DNA of 63,726 nucleotides, the filler included, from Vannella sp. (taxonomy: Eukaryota): assembly GCA_023345925.1 (NCBI GenBank). It is 7 parts of 7 records of this genome, joined end to end, with 100 filler letters (N's around TTAATTAATTAA, not from the genome) between each part and the next. Parts side by side here need not be neighbours in the genome. Positions count along the whole stretch, not along the records: positions 8,510 to 15,398 come from JAJQQN010000605.1; positions 15,499 to 23,253 come from JAJQQN010000941.1; 5 more parts are not named here. One strand, 5' to 3'. Each line of letters starts with the position of its first letter. Position 1 is the first letter of the stretch. The position numbers were made by a program, and so were the translations under genes. Under the pieces are notes generated by a model that searched no databases, was not told the DNA's origin, and worked only from the letters and a program-made list of their open reading frames with translations. Positions 9,905 to 20,971 of the stretch are shown here, piece by piece.

Positions 9905-12900
9905 ATGCTCGCTGGGTTTGGTTGCGGAGGAAGGTGGTGGGCTTGGAGTGTGAGGGGGAGCGCTGTAACTGTTTGGAATGGTGGTACTGTTGGTAGAGTG
10001 ATGATCCGGAGCTCTTTGAGAGAAGCCACGTTTGCTGTGGCTGGTGGGGGGCAGAAGGGCATCTTTGGTGATGTTGTACGCTCAGGGGATCTCAAGAAGG
10101 CCTCTGAACAATGGAAAGAGCTTGTAGAAAAGAAGCAACGAGTGGATCCTCGTACTGTACGCTCCTACGTGGCGCAACTGTGTCAATCCAACCGCTCAGA
10201 AGAGGCGTTTGCGGCTCTTCGAGGCGCTTCTCACCTTCATGAGACTCTGACTGAAGACGTGTACCACCCTGTCCTGCTGCAATATGTTAAGAGGAGCCGA
10301 ATCGACGACATCTTCAAGCTGATCGCGCACATGTCAGAAACCCGAAAGCCAACAGCCATGGTCCATTCGCTGACGCTTGCAGTAACCAGCTGTCTCAAGA
10401 ACTCATTGATTGATGTCAAAGAAGGACCTCTGTTGGCTCTTTCGAGCTCTCCAACGCGTCCAACAACGCCACAACTGACTCGGAAGCTTCAAACTCTCCT
10501 TGATCAATACCAATCCTCGGGAGCGGCAGGCAACGTATTCCTTTATAACGCTATGCTCAAACGTGCCTTAGACACGAACAATGGGTCCCTATTTGACCAG
10601 GTATTCGGCCAGCTGCAGGAATTGAGTTCTCCAGATATTGTCTCTTTCACTCTCCTGGCGCGCTCGTATCTGGCTCGTGAACGACCTGATAAGCTGAAAA
10701 CTGTTCTTTCTTTGATTAAGCAGCATCCTCGAATCAGCCTGGATGAGGAGTTTTTAGCGTCCCTTCTCAAGTCTCTTTTGATTCTCAATCTGAAGGACGA
10801 AGCTAATAAGCTCCTCCTCCATGTGAGAGAGAAAGACCCTCTCTTTATCAACTGGAATCTACCTGAGCATGCGAAATTGGATGTGTATCGAGTGTGTTCG
10901 AAGGCAATGACTCTTCTCTTGAAAAACAATGAAGAGAGCAAAGGGAGGCGCCTTTTCGAGTACGTCAGGAAAAACGCTGATGTAGTATCGCCTTCTGTGC
11001 TTACTAGCGTCTTTAATCAAATGCTGAGCTATCATGGCCAACGAGGAGCAACCTTGTCGATGAAGGAAGTCATCCAGTCCATGGCGGACTTTCAAAAAGT
11101 TGTCGAGTGGGACCATTACACCATCACAACCGTGTTGAAGTTTCCTGACGTCTTTCCTGGTATCCTCCCGACTGCAGAAGAGTTTCTGAAAGGAAACCAA
11201 GTGGACATGCAACTGGTGAATGAGCTTATCAAAGCCTACACCAAAGTCGGACAATATGAAAGAGCCCTGGAGATCTTTGACAATATCCGGAATGGAACAG
11301 ACGCGGCATTTCAGCATCTTTCTGGGGACAAATTCACGTTTGAGAATGCTATCGAATGTCACTTGGAACAAGAGAACTTTGAAATAGCGTTGCAACTTAT
11401 CAACGAGATGGAAAAGCAGTTTGGCGAGTCGGGGTTGGCGAGAGTCAGTTTAATGGCCAAGTATTGTGAACTTTTAGAGTTCCAGAAGGCTGAAGAAGCT
11501 CTCAATCAGGCTATTGAGCGCCAATCTATGCCCAAGAAACGAGCAGCTTTGTTCGTCCCTCTTCTGCAGAAACACTGCCAAATGCAGAATTTTGGAAAGG
11601 TTGATGCATTGCTTGAGCAAATGGGAAAAGTGGGCGTGCCTTTGGACATTGCAGGATACAATGTACTCCTTCATGCCTACACCCGCACTCTTCAAAGGGA
11701 AAAGGTCCAAGAACTCTTAGACGAGATGGATCAATTTGAAATCTCGCCCGTCAAGAAGACCTTCGACATCACGGAAGATTACTATTACACGATAGATGAG
11801 CCTGAGCTTCTCATTCAGTGGCAGGAACAGCGAGCAAAGAAAGGTATCTTCCCATCCATGGCAAGCTATAACGCGAAGATCCGCCACCTGGTTTCGTCCT
11901 CAACAGTCATCGAAGCTGAGGGAGTGATTCGAGATATGAAGAAAAGCGGAATGAGCCCCACAGCAGAGACTTACCAGCCATTTCTATCCTACACAACAAC
12001 TCAGTCCCGCCTTAGCGCGCAAGAGGTCAGCACGACCGCGTTTAAATCCAAGGAATTGGCTGAAAGTAGCAAGTGCCCTTCAAGCATTCCTGCATTCCTT
12101 GAGTTTCACAAGCGCGTTCACTCTGAAATCGGCGAGACATGGACTTTAATGGCGACAAAAGGGCTTCTCAATAGTCCATCTGACTTTGGGAAACTGCTTT
12201 TGCATTACAACAAGAAGAGGGAATTCAAGAAGACAATCGAATGCTTCCTATTCCTCAATAAGACGCAGCCAAAGTTTATCAACCATCTCAATTATCGCCA
12301 ACTGCTCTTCGCTTATGCCAGTTTGGGACTTTGTTCTCAAGCAGAGAAGGTTGTCAAAGTCATGTCTTCTCAAAAGATCGACCTGATCGAGGATGACTTC
12401 AATAATCTCATCTTCACCTTCTCTAATGCAGGGAAAACAGACACAGCTTTCGCAATTCTTCCAAAGATGGCTCACGCTGGTGTCAGCCCTGGAGTAGGAA
12501 CCTTCAGTCGATTGATTCAAGCAGCGGCATCTGCTAAAAGGATGGAAAGGGCAGTGGAATTCTTTATCGAGATGAAAGGGGCTGGATTTCAACCAAACCT
12601 CAATGTGTTCCTCTCCCTCCTCTCGGGATATTCCCAAATGAACGAAGATGAGCTGGTTTATGCCACCTATGAGAGCATGGCGGAGAATAATGTAACTCCG
12701 GACCGTCGAGTGATTGATGTAGTTCTCAAATCAATTGTTCAACGAATCAAATCGGAAGGAGTTCTCCCACAACTTGAAGAGCGAGTTGCTAAACTCCAAG
12801 AAGACATGGAAACCTTCAGCATTGTCCCCGACCTTAGTCTAGCGTCGAGCGTGATCCGCGCCTATTCAGCGTTGAATCGACTGGGAAGTGCGTTCCGAGC

Positions 12901-13189
12901 GGCCGATCAGTTCAGCCAAATCCCTTATCTGAAGCGCTCTGCGTTAATTGTTGTCATTCTCCGACACCATGTTGAGAGTCCTGATGAACTCGTAGATGCA
13001 ATCGTCCGCAAGATGGTAGAAGTTGGAGTCCAATGGGATGGTCACATCAATAAGTTCCTGCATACCATTCCTGATTCTCCAAAGGCGAGCCTCTGGCGCA
13101 CACTCCTCAATGAAGACATCCGTCGTCCTCGAAAGCGAGGCTCAGAATCCAGTGATGAATCCCGCAAGCACTTGCATTCCACGGAATGA
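9905..13189 (+). CDS. Pentatricopeptide repeat protein, probably mitochondrial
   Basis: Multiple 35-aa PPR motifs (e.g. YNVLLHAY, FNNLIFTFSNAGKTDTAFAILPKMAHAGVSPGVGTFSRLI). Start codon uncertain. Confidence 0.92.
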   Translation: MLAGFGCGGRWWAWSVRGSAVTVWNGGTVGRVMIRSSLREATFAVAGGGQKGIFGDVVRSGDLKKASEQWKELVEKKQRVDPRTVRSYVAQLCQSNRSEEAFAALRGASHLHETLTEDVYHPVLLQYVKRSRIDDIFKLIAHMSETRKPTAMVHSLTLAVTSCLKNSLIDVKEGPLLALSSSPTRPTTPQLTRKLQTLLDQYQSSGAAGNVFLYNAMLKRALDTNNGSLFDQVFGQLQELSSPDIVSFTLLARSYLARERPDKLKTVLSLIKQHPRISLDEEFLASLLKSLLILNLKDEANKLLLHVREKDPLFINWNLPEHAKLDVYRVCSKAMTLLLKNNEESKGRRLFEYVRKNADVVSPSVLTSVFNQMLSYHGQRGATLSMKEVIQSMADFQKVVEWDHYTITTVLKFPDVFPGILPTAEEFLKGNQVDMQLVNELIKAYTKVGQYERALEIFDNIRNGTDAAFQHLSGDKFTFENAIECHLEQENFEIALQLINEMEKQFGESGLARVSLMAKYCELLEFQKAEEALNQAIERQSMPKKRAALFVPLLQKHCQMQNFGKVDALLEQMGKVGVPLDIAGYNVLLHAYTRTLQREKVQELLDEMDQFEISPVKKTFDITEDYYYTIDEPELLIQWQEQRAKKGIFPSMASYNAKIRHLVSSSTVIEAEGVIRDMKKSGMSPTAETYQPFLSYTTTQSRLSAQEVSTTAFKSKELAESSKCPSSIPAFLEFHKRVHSEIGETWTLMATKGLLNSPSDFGKLLLHYNKKREFKKTIECFLFLNKTQPKFINHLNYRQLLFAYASLGLCSQAEKVVKVMSSQKIDLIEDDFNNLIFTFSNAGKTDTAFAILPKMAHAGVSPGVGTFSRLIQAAASAKRMERAVEFFIEMKGAGFQPNLNVFLSLLSGYSQMNEDELVYATYESMAENNVTPDRRVIDVVLKSIVQRIKSEGVLPQLEERVAKLQEDMETFSIVPDLSLASSVIRAYSALNRLGSAFRAADQFSQIPYLKRSALIVVILRHHVESPDELVDAIVRKMVEVGVQWDGHINKFLHTIPDSPKASLWRTLLNEDIRRPRKRGSESSDESRKHLHSTE

Positions 13190-13437
13190 CAACGTTCTCA
13201 TCAGTTCCTATCCAGAAACAAAAGTCACAGAATCTCCATTCGCCAAAGGGATGTACTCTCTTCAATCATCAGAAAAGCGCGTTTCTTTGTTCAAGTGGAG
13301 CACCAATCCCTTAACCTCATAAAAGAAGGCCTCCTTCACGTCATCTTTGTGAAGAGACAATAACTTATCTAGCCGAGAGAGTGTGAGTGTGCCCGCTCCA
13401 CAAAGAGCACAGAGTTGACCAAGACACTATTCGCTCG

Positions 13438-14523
13438 TCAAATGAAGCGGGCACTCTTCTGTTTGCTGCGGGTGGAAGAATGAGGGAGAGCTGGCTGGAG
13501 AGAGGAAAGCGTGGGAGTGAATTGGTTGTCCATGTGGTTGAGTCCGAGTTGTCCAAAGTAGTTAAATCCAAAGACCAGCAGGCCGCCTTCCTGTGAGAGC
13601 GCCAAAGAATGGGAACCAGCAGCTACCAGTGCGCTGATTCCTTCCAATGATGGAATGCGAACAGGTTGGAGCTGACTCGAAGTGTTGCCCGTCCCCAATT
13701 GCCCAGATCCACCGAATCCCCAGCTCCAAACGCCGCCGTTCTCATCCAGAGAGATAGTGTGATTCCATCCACAGGAGGCTGCAAGCATGGGAGGGATGTT
13801 CATGATTCGCTCGAACTTGGTACAATCACCAGAAGAGCGCCCCAGTTGGCCAAAGGAGTTGTCTCCAGAGGAGAAGACGCCTCCTTGTGAGTCGATGACA
13901 ATCACTGCTTTGTTGAGGGCAGCCAGGCATCGGAGAGGCCCTTTGGGAAGGCTCTCCACCTGGATAAAGGTCGGTTGGAGAGCGCTGTTGGTGTGGCCGA
14001 GGCCCAGTTGCCCTTTGAAGTTTTCGCCCAACACCCAGAGGCCTTCTTCGGCCTCTGCCACCAGGAAGTTGGTACCACAAGCCACCTTGATGAGTGATGG
14101 TACTCCTTCTACTCGTTGAGGAAGAGAAGTCGCCCAAGAGAGATTGGTCTCGCTTGTCCACACCCAAAGGCCGCCTTCGGAGTCCAGTGCAGCGCTGTGA
14201 AAGATACCAGCAGCTACCAAAGCTATGTACGGTAGCTCTAGCACTAGCTGGAAGGTGGAAGAGAGAGAAGAGGAGCGGGAACGACCAGCCTCCCACACAC
14301 CGCCCTCCGCATCAAGAACGATGGAGTGTCCGCATCCCCAGTCCACCTGAACCGGCTGCGGACCATTCCAGGGAACCTGTACAGGTTTCAAGTGGTTCTC
14401 TTCGTTACCAAGACCGAGTTGACCATCTCTGTTGCATCCAAAAGCCAAAAGGCCCCCTTCGAGGGAGAGGGCCCAAAGGCATCCTAATGAATGGAAAGAA
14501 GTGTCCAAGTGAAGCGTCAACAT
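13438..14523 (-). CDS. RCC1/BLIP-II repeat beta-propeller protein with C-terminal KSAR motif
   Basis: Repeated G.N..GQLGLG and .aCG..Hs..l motifs; intronless; ends STRSKQKSARFI. Confidence 0.9.
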   Translation of the reverse strand: MLTLHLDTSFHSLGCLWALSLEGGLLAFGCNRDGQLGLGNEENHLKPVQVPWNGPQPVQVDWGCGHSIVLDAEGGVWEAGRSRSSSLSSTFQLVLELPYIALVAAGIFHSAALDSEGGLWVWTSETNLSWATSLPQRVEGVPSLIKVACGTNFLVAEAEEGLWVLGENFKGQLGLGHTNSALQPTFIQVESLPKGPLRCLAALNKAVIVIDSQGGVFSSGDNSFGQLGRSSGDCTKFERIMNIPPMLAASCGWNHTISLDENGGVWSWGFGGSGQLGTGNTSSQLQPVRIPSLEGISALVAAGSHSLALSQEGGLLVFGFNYFGQLGLNHMDNQFTPTLSSLQPALPHSSTRSKQKSARFI

Positions 14524-14585
14524 GCTGTACCACCAGTCCCTGCCATAGCGAAGCTCTCCTTCACGTTTGGCATGTTCTTGCTGGT

Positions 14586-14870
14586 TTATGAAGAGCGGGA
14601 GCACGCCCAAGCGATCAAGCAAGCCGCACAAAGCGAGAGCAAGAGAGAGCCATACAGTAGCTCGTGGAAATGAAAGAAGAGGAGGTGATCCACACGAAGT
14701 GGAGGGAGCAAATGATCCACCCCCGCCTCTTGGATGAAGAGAACCCAGTCAATCACTTCTTCCAATGGAGGTTTGGTGAGTTTGGCAATCTTAACCAGCC
14801 GAGAAGCACTCGCTTTGTACGTAGGTAGGCTCCTCAAGAGCTTTCGAACAGTCTGTTCAAAGTCTATCAG
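14586..14870 (-). pseudogene. Isolated C-terminal fragment of a UDP-glucuronosyl/glycosyltransferase
   Basis: YKASASRLVKIAKLTKPPLEEVIDWVLFIQEAGVDHL followed by a TM helix matches the UGT C-terminus. No UGT signature is visible upstream before the linker. Confidence 0.6.
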
Positions 14871-15398
14871 TTGCAGCGTCCCACAGAATCTCTTACAGGA
14901 ACCGAATTTCTGCCCATACGAGCTGCAAATGACTCTTAACAGTCTCAAACTGATATGATCGCTTCTTTTAATCGTCTTTAATGAGTAAGTATGACCAAAT
15001 GGGCTAGGATAATCCGCTGCTCCTTTCAATTGAGGTTCTCAACGGTTGAAGTCCATTTCATCAATTGATGATAGCATCGAGGAGCAAGTTCGAAACCATC
15101 CAGTTTTTGCAATGGTGAACGATACGTATCACTTCTATCTGCCTTTGGTGCCTGGATAGGGGACGGGCTCCAGTAAAGGTCCTCTCGCGCAAGATTTCAT
15201 CGGGCCTTCGCACAGATGGTCCGCCACCCCTAACTTGCCCCTTGCGGCTCTGGCTGTGCTCCCTTTTGCGTGTATGGTTGGCCCTGGCCGAGTAATTGTG
15301 TTCATGACCAAATCGCGCCATTCAGAGGTCTGAATGGTGTGTATCTTGCTTAACTCCGTTAGCTTGGGTGAGATTTCTGTCGAAAACTCATCTTTAGC

Positions 15399-15498
15399 NN
15401 NNNNNNNNNNNNNNNNNNNNNNNNNNNNNNNNNNNNNNNNNNTTAATTAATTAANNNNNNNNNNNNNNNNNNNNNNNNNNNNNNNNNNNNNNNNNNNN
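15399..15498. other. Artificial contig linker
   Basis: N44-TTAATTAATTAA-N44. Confidence 0.98.
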
Positions 15499-15704
15499 CT
15501 CCTTTCCTTCGCTGGTGATAGAAGTGTAGGAGGTGTGCGGCTTAACCAGCAAAGCGGTAAACTCCCAGGACGACGCAAGTGCACGGTTAGATACAGAAAT
15601 TGCCACCGATCTATGGTTAGTTTACGTAATACCTCACCCCGTTTTTCCACAAAAAAAAAAAGCACTTGTGTTTATGATTTCGATAATCCATGAATCATTG
15701 TTTG

Positions 15705-18355
15705 ATGTCAGAGAAGAAGCGGAGGACCCCTCAAAAGGGGTCGGCTGGGAGGAAGTCTTTGGGGAGAGAAGGACGTTCTCCAGCGCGCCCTATTTTGTTG
15801 CAGGATACTCATCTTTTGATCGATCCTTTGGATCATGTGCAGGGGGAGGTGCGGAGGTCGTGGAGAGTGGCGAACAGCTTTGATCAGTTCGAAGGAGTGG
15901 CTTTGCATGTTTCTACCATGAGAGAGGTTGGGCTTCAAGCAGGCGCTCTGGTGGTTGTCTATCCGTTTAACACTACTTCGGGGGTGGATCTTGTCCCGCT
16001 TATCGTCGCTCCTGTCCATGTATCGAGCGAGTGTGCTCAAAGAGGTGAGGATATTGCAAGGGCAAAGGATTGTGGGTGACCTTCACGTAGAGATTGAGTT
16101 GAAGAGATGGCACAGAGAGACTCTGCATCTCCAACTTGGCCATGAAGTCGTTATTATGCCATATTCTCCATCGCCGCTCCCCCAAACCATCCAGATATCT
16201 CCCAGTTCACTTCAAGCCACCAAGAAGGAAGAAATAATGATCTTACCTGTAGATCAAGCAGAGATTGTGACTGTACGAGCAGTGGGGGGGAAGCCACTGG
16301 CTCATTCCTTGCATGAGTTGGTCCTTTCTCAACTGTTAGAGCGCAAATATGTCTCTTCTGGTACCTTAATTCACGTGGATTACTTTGGAAAGCGATATGT
16401 ATTCATTATAAGTCACATTCAAGGTCTTTCCGTCCCAGAAGACCTTTCTTTGTCTACCTTCCGGCAAGTCAGAGCCTTCTTGATCCATTTAAGGACTTCT
16501 ATTCGCTTCCAATTCCAAGAGGCTCCAACGAGCAATATTCCCAAAGCTCCATCATCTCCAGTAGCTGTTGGGGGATTGGAGGAACAAATCAAACTGATAG
16601 AAAGCCAAGTGAGATTGTGCCTATTCCAATGGAAGAATTTCTCTTCGTACGGTTTGAAGGCTCCGCGAGGCATCCTTTTGTTTGGCCCTCCAGGAACTGG
16701 AAAGACCCTCATGGTCAAGTATCTTGCCAGCCGGCTGGATTGCTCCTTGTTCATCATTAACGGACCCGAAATCATGGGGAAGGTGCATGGAGAGAGTGAA
16801 GGGCGTCTCCGCGATATTTTTGATCAAGCAAGACGACAGCAGCCTTCTATAATCTTCATTGATGAGATTGACGCTATTTGTGGGAAGCGGCAATCTCTTG
16901 AAAGCGAGTATGAGAAGAGAATCGTCTCCCAAATGCTCTCTTGTATGGACCAACTCCATCAGCCATCTGCTGATCGTACGGAATCATCTGTGGTTGTGTT
17001 AGCAGCAACAAATCGGCCCAATTCACTGGACCCAGCACTCCGACGACCTGGGCGATTCGACCGAGAAGTTGAAATTGGAATCCCCAATCCCCAACAACGT
17101 GGCGAGATCATCAGCGTTTACATGAAGAGCATTGTGCACAACCTCACTCTCAATGACCTGAAACATTTTGCAGACTCAACGCACGGCTATGTCGGTGCAG
17201 ATCTTGCTGCTTTATGCAGAGAAGCCTGTATTTGCTCCCTTCTCCGACTGAAATCGTGTGAAAAGGAGGATCCCAGAGCTCTTATACGGAAGGTCAATTC
17301 ACAAGAAGCAGAGGCCCAACACGGAGAGGCTGAAGTCACTTTTGATGACATGGTTCGAGGAATGGCACAGATTCGGCCGAGTGCCATGCGAGAATTGATG
17401 ATTGAAGTGCCCAAAGTGACGTGGGATGACATTGGGGGTAACGAGGAGATCAAACAAAAACTAAAGGAGGCAGTAGAATGGCCACTGCTCCATCCCGAAG
17501 CCTTTGAACGAATGGGGATCCGTCCTCCACGTGGAATTCTCTTGTATGGTCCGCCTGGATGCAGCAAGACGATGATGGCAAAAGCTCTCGCTACCGAGGC
17601 CGGACTCAATTTCATTGCGGTCAAAGGTCCGGAGCTATTCAGTAAATGGGTTGGGGAGTCTGAGAGAGCCATCCGAGAACTATTCCGGAAAGCCAGGGCA
17701 GCTTCGCCCTCCATTATATTCTTTGTACGTTGTTCGTCTTTGAATTACACCCTCTTCTGACTCTTTTTTAGGATGAGATTGATGCCTTGGCTATCAAACG
17801 AGGGGGTAGTGATGCCGGTGGTGTTGCGGATAGAGTTCTTAGCCAACTTTTAACCGAACTGGACGGAGTAGAACCCCTCAAGAAGGTCACTGTTGTTGCA
17901 GCGACCAACCGTCCTGATATCATTGTACGATCAATCTGCTTCGTTTCGTTTTCTGACTTAAATGCAGGACAAAGCGCTGTTAAGACCCGGTCGTATTGAT
18001 CGAATAGTGTATGTGGGACTTCCCGACCCTGATGCACGTCGACACATCTTTCAAGGACATCTTCGGAAAGTTCCTACAGATGGCACTATTGATGTAACAC
18101 AGCTTGTGGAGAAGGTCAGGTTCACCAGTAGCTATTCATCATCAATTCTAACTCCTGACAAAGACGGAATCCTACTCTGGAGCTGAAGTAGTGGCTGTTT
18201 GTCGTGAGGCTTCCATGTTCGCTCTCGCAGAATGCATTGACATCGAAACCATCCAAATGAGACATTTCTTAGCTGCCCTAGACAAAGTGAAGCCGCGCAT
18301 CTCGCCAGAGATCATCGCCTTTTATGACCGCTTCCAATCATCAGTAAAGCTTTAG
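15705..18355 (+). CDS. AFG2: AAA+ ATPase AFG2/SPATA5 (Drg1), two AAA domains; spliced
   Basis: D1 GPPGTGKT and IDEID; D2 GPPGCSKT (typical of SPATA5), SKWVGESE and [13 protein letters not shown] introns near 16045, 17725, 17925 and 18115. Confidence 0.9.
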
Positions 18356-18534
18356 AAGATAACCTTAGATAGTGAGGTATTACAGCAGTCCTTCAAGCTT
18401 ACAAAAGGAGAAAACTTGCAACACGAGGCAATTGAGGTGAATCCATGCATTCGTTGAGAGTTCCAAGAATCAACCTCAATTGGGAATGGGCGTACGGAAC
18501 AACAGTAGCCAAGTGTTCACTTTCTGTTTGGCCG

Positions 18535-18566
18535 AGGCTAGCGACGGCCATTCCCGTCGCTAGCCT
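18535..18566. repeat. Perfect 13-bp stem hairpin
   Basis: aggctagcgacgg-ccattc-ccgtcgctagcct. Confidence 0.85.
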
Positions 18567-18588
18567 TGTTTCCCGTATGAACCCCTTC

Positions 18589-19388
18589 TCAGGTTATCTT
18601 AGAAACTTCTCGAGCACCGGTTTCCGTGGGCACAATCAGGCCCATCTTACAAGTATATAATGATTGGTTGATCAATTCTTTCAAAATCTCATCAATGGCA
18701 ACCAAAGCAGCGAAGGAAAAGTGTGACTGGGGCAGTGAATCTCGGATAGAGTTCACTGCCTCACTAAACCACGTCCGCTGGCCTCCGTTGAAAGTGCTCC
18801 CGGGCATCTTCTTAACAAGGTTGAATCTCTTTTGAATTTGATGGATCACAGATCTTCTTGAGGGCAATGCGCGATTGAATAAACGCACGTCCGACAAGAC
18901 CCCAGGGAGGGTTTTTACCCCGCGAGAGCATCCAATTTTGTACTTTGAGAGTTCATCTTCACTGAGTGGTGCCTCAACAACCGAGGAGAATTCAGGCGTA
19001 TTTGATTCAAGCGCACTTGGGTCATAAACCACGAAGTCATTAAGGAGCAGAGGTTTGCACGCCTTTTGGAAATCAAGAATCATACCCCAGAGATAAGGTT
19101 TCTCGAGATCACTGAAAGATATCACCAGTGAGACCTTCCAATAAGATGCAGAAATGGGATTTTGGCGGAAGGATGCTCCTCTTCCAGAGATTGAATTGAA
19201 ACACAATAGGAGAGTGGAATAAGAAGAACTCCTCCAATGTGGGGCATATTCGGAGGTAAGAATTTGCTCAGTGAGGAGGGCTTTTCATAATTAAGAACTT
19301 TGAGCCCTTTGAGGGCAGTTCCGACCTGTCCTCCAATAGATTCTGTTCCAAACAAAAGTCGAGGATGCATCGGACTCGCTAACATCAT
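18589..19388 (-). pseudogene. Frameshifted orphan ORF pair containing a LamG/concanavalin-like C-terminal motif
   Basis: Two overlapping ORFs in different frames. KIGCSRGVKTLPGVLSDVRLFNRALP fits the IG...G.idevriynrALs pattern. Contains the repeat-family motif at 18768-18797. Confidence 0.45.
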
Positions 19389-19585
19389 CCGAACCTGAGT
19401 GTCAACACGTATCGGATTGAGTCGGAGCTATAAAGCAGCGGGGCACTCGATTCCGCGGGTCGGTGAGTCGCAAATACGAAGCGGAATTTTATCGTCATGA
19501 TGTTCCCAACTTACTCGGACGAGTGCCCTGCGAATAGAGCTGGGAAGCAAAGATTTGTCTTCACGGTACACTACATGTTCTCCTT

Positions 19586-20904
19586 TACCAAGTAGCTGGA
19601 CTACTGAGCTGCAAATAGTCCCCTACATCCTCTCCCACCAACTTCTCCAAGTAGTCAATAGTGCGAGCAATGGGACCGAGGATACGAGGCACTTGAGTGT
19701 ACTTTTCAATGAAGGCCAATGCATTAGGCACGTCTCGGTCGCCCAGATGAACAACACTCAAACCAATCCAAGTTGTGGTTCAAAGAAGACTGGACGCTTC
19801 GCAAGATAGAATGCAACTCCAATACGAGGTGCTTCTCGCATTCTATTCATTCCCTGTCCTGTATTGGCCAAACGGTACTTGTTGGTAGGGTCCAACAAGT
19901 CGGCATCAGTGAGAATCCAGAGCTCACACATCTTCCGTTGAATCTCATTCCACAGCATGAGACTCTGCCTGACGAACTTGAACTTTGTCGAATGTGAGAG
20001 ATAAGAGCCTCCCTGACCCGAACGGATCTCCAAGGAACGCTCCGCAGAGTCCTGCTCGGGACGGAAGTACTTGTGCAAGTTGTGGAGCATTTGCTCCACA
20101 GGATAGCAGTTGGCCTCCACATAAGAACTGTGATCGTTCATTGAGCTGACACATAGTTCAAGCTCATCCTCCGTCAATTTGCCTTTGCTGACGAGCTCGT
20201 CCCGAAGCTTGGCAAAAGCGTCACTCTTCTGCTTCTCCAGTTGTGATCCAGACACAGCTATGACAGAAGAAGCTAGGATAAACTCCCTCCAATGCCTCTC
20301 TACATCAGCAGGGTTCCCCTTGCCCTTGAGGAGACCAGAGACAGTCTTGATTGGAGTGAGAACCGTCACTTTCGTGTTGGAAGTGTTCACAGCGTCCATG
20401 AGAAGGTGCATCATCTTTCCATAGGTGTTACGCATCTTGTCTGGGCTCATGATCTTGAAGCGACGACCCACTTTGAAGACACGCTGAAAGAACTCTTCGT
20501 TTTCCACGAAGTCCCGCTCGACCTTGTCCGTGTATTCAGAGACTCTCTCTCAAGTGCACCTTCAAGTAGAGAGTAGCTTGCGCTCCTCAGCACTCAAGCG
20601 GAGAGGGATAAACTTGAGTTGCTCCATGAGGGCGGAAGGGGACTGAAGTGCTCCAGCTAGGAGGTTGCCAGCTTGAGCAGGAGCCGCTTCTTGAGAGTTC
20701 TCCTTCTGAACGATACCAGAAGGCGGGTAAGAGCGAACAAAGTGCTCCGTGGTCCCTGCAACGTTAAGCGGGGCTGGCTTTCCCTTCTCGGTCAACGACT
20801 CCGCCTGATGAAGTGCGCGCTTCCCCTTCCGATAGCCACTGGACCGCCTGATGAAGTGCGCGCTTCCCCTTGGCAGGCACATCGTCGCACTCCAACGTCG
20901 CCAT
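19586..20904 (-). pseudogene. DUF2009/UPF0652 family gene, disrupted
   Basis: FIPLRLSAEERKLL, VSEYTDKV, GRRFKIMSPDKMRNTYGK and [24 protein letters not shown] are present but broken by frameshifts (about 20545-20570 and 19800), an apparent internal deletion and C-terminal truncation. Confidence 0.8.
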
Positions 20905-20971
20905 GGGCACGGTGAAATGTTCAGGGAAGCGAAAGAATTAATAATGATGTCATAATGAAAGGGTTGACCAT

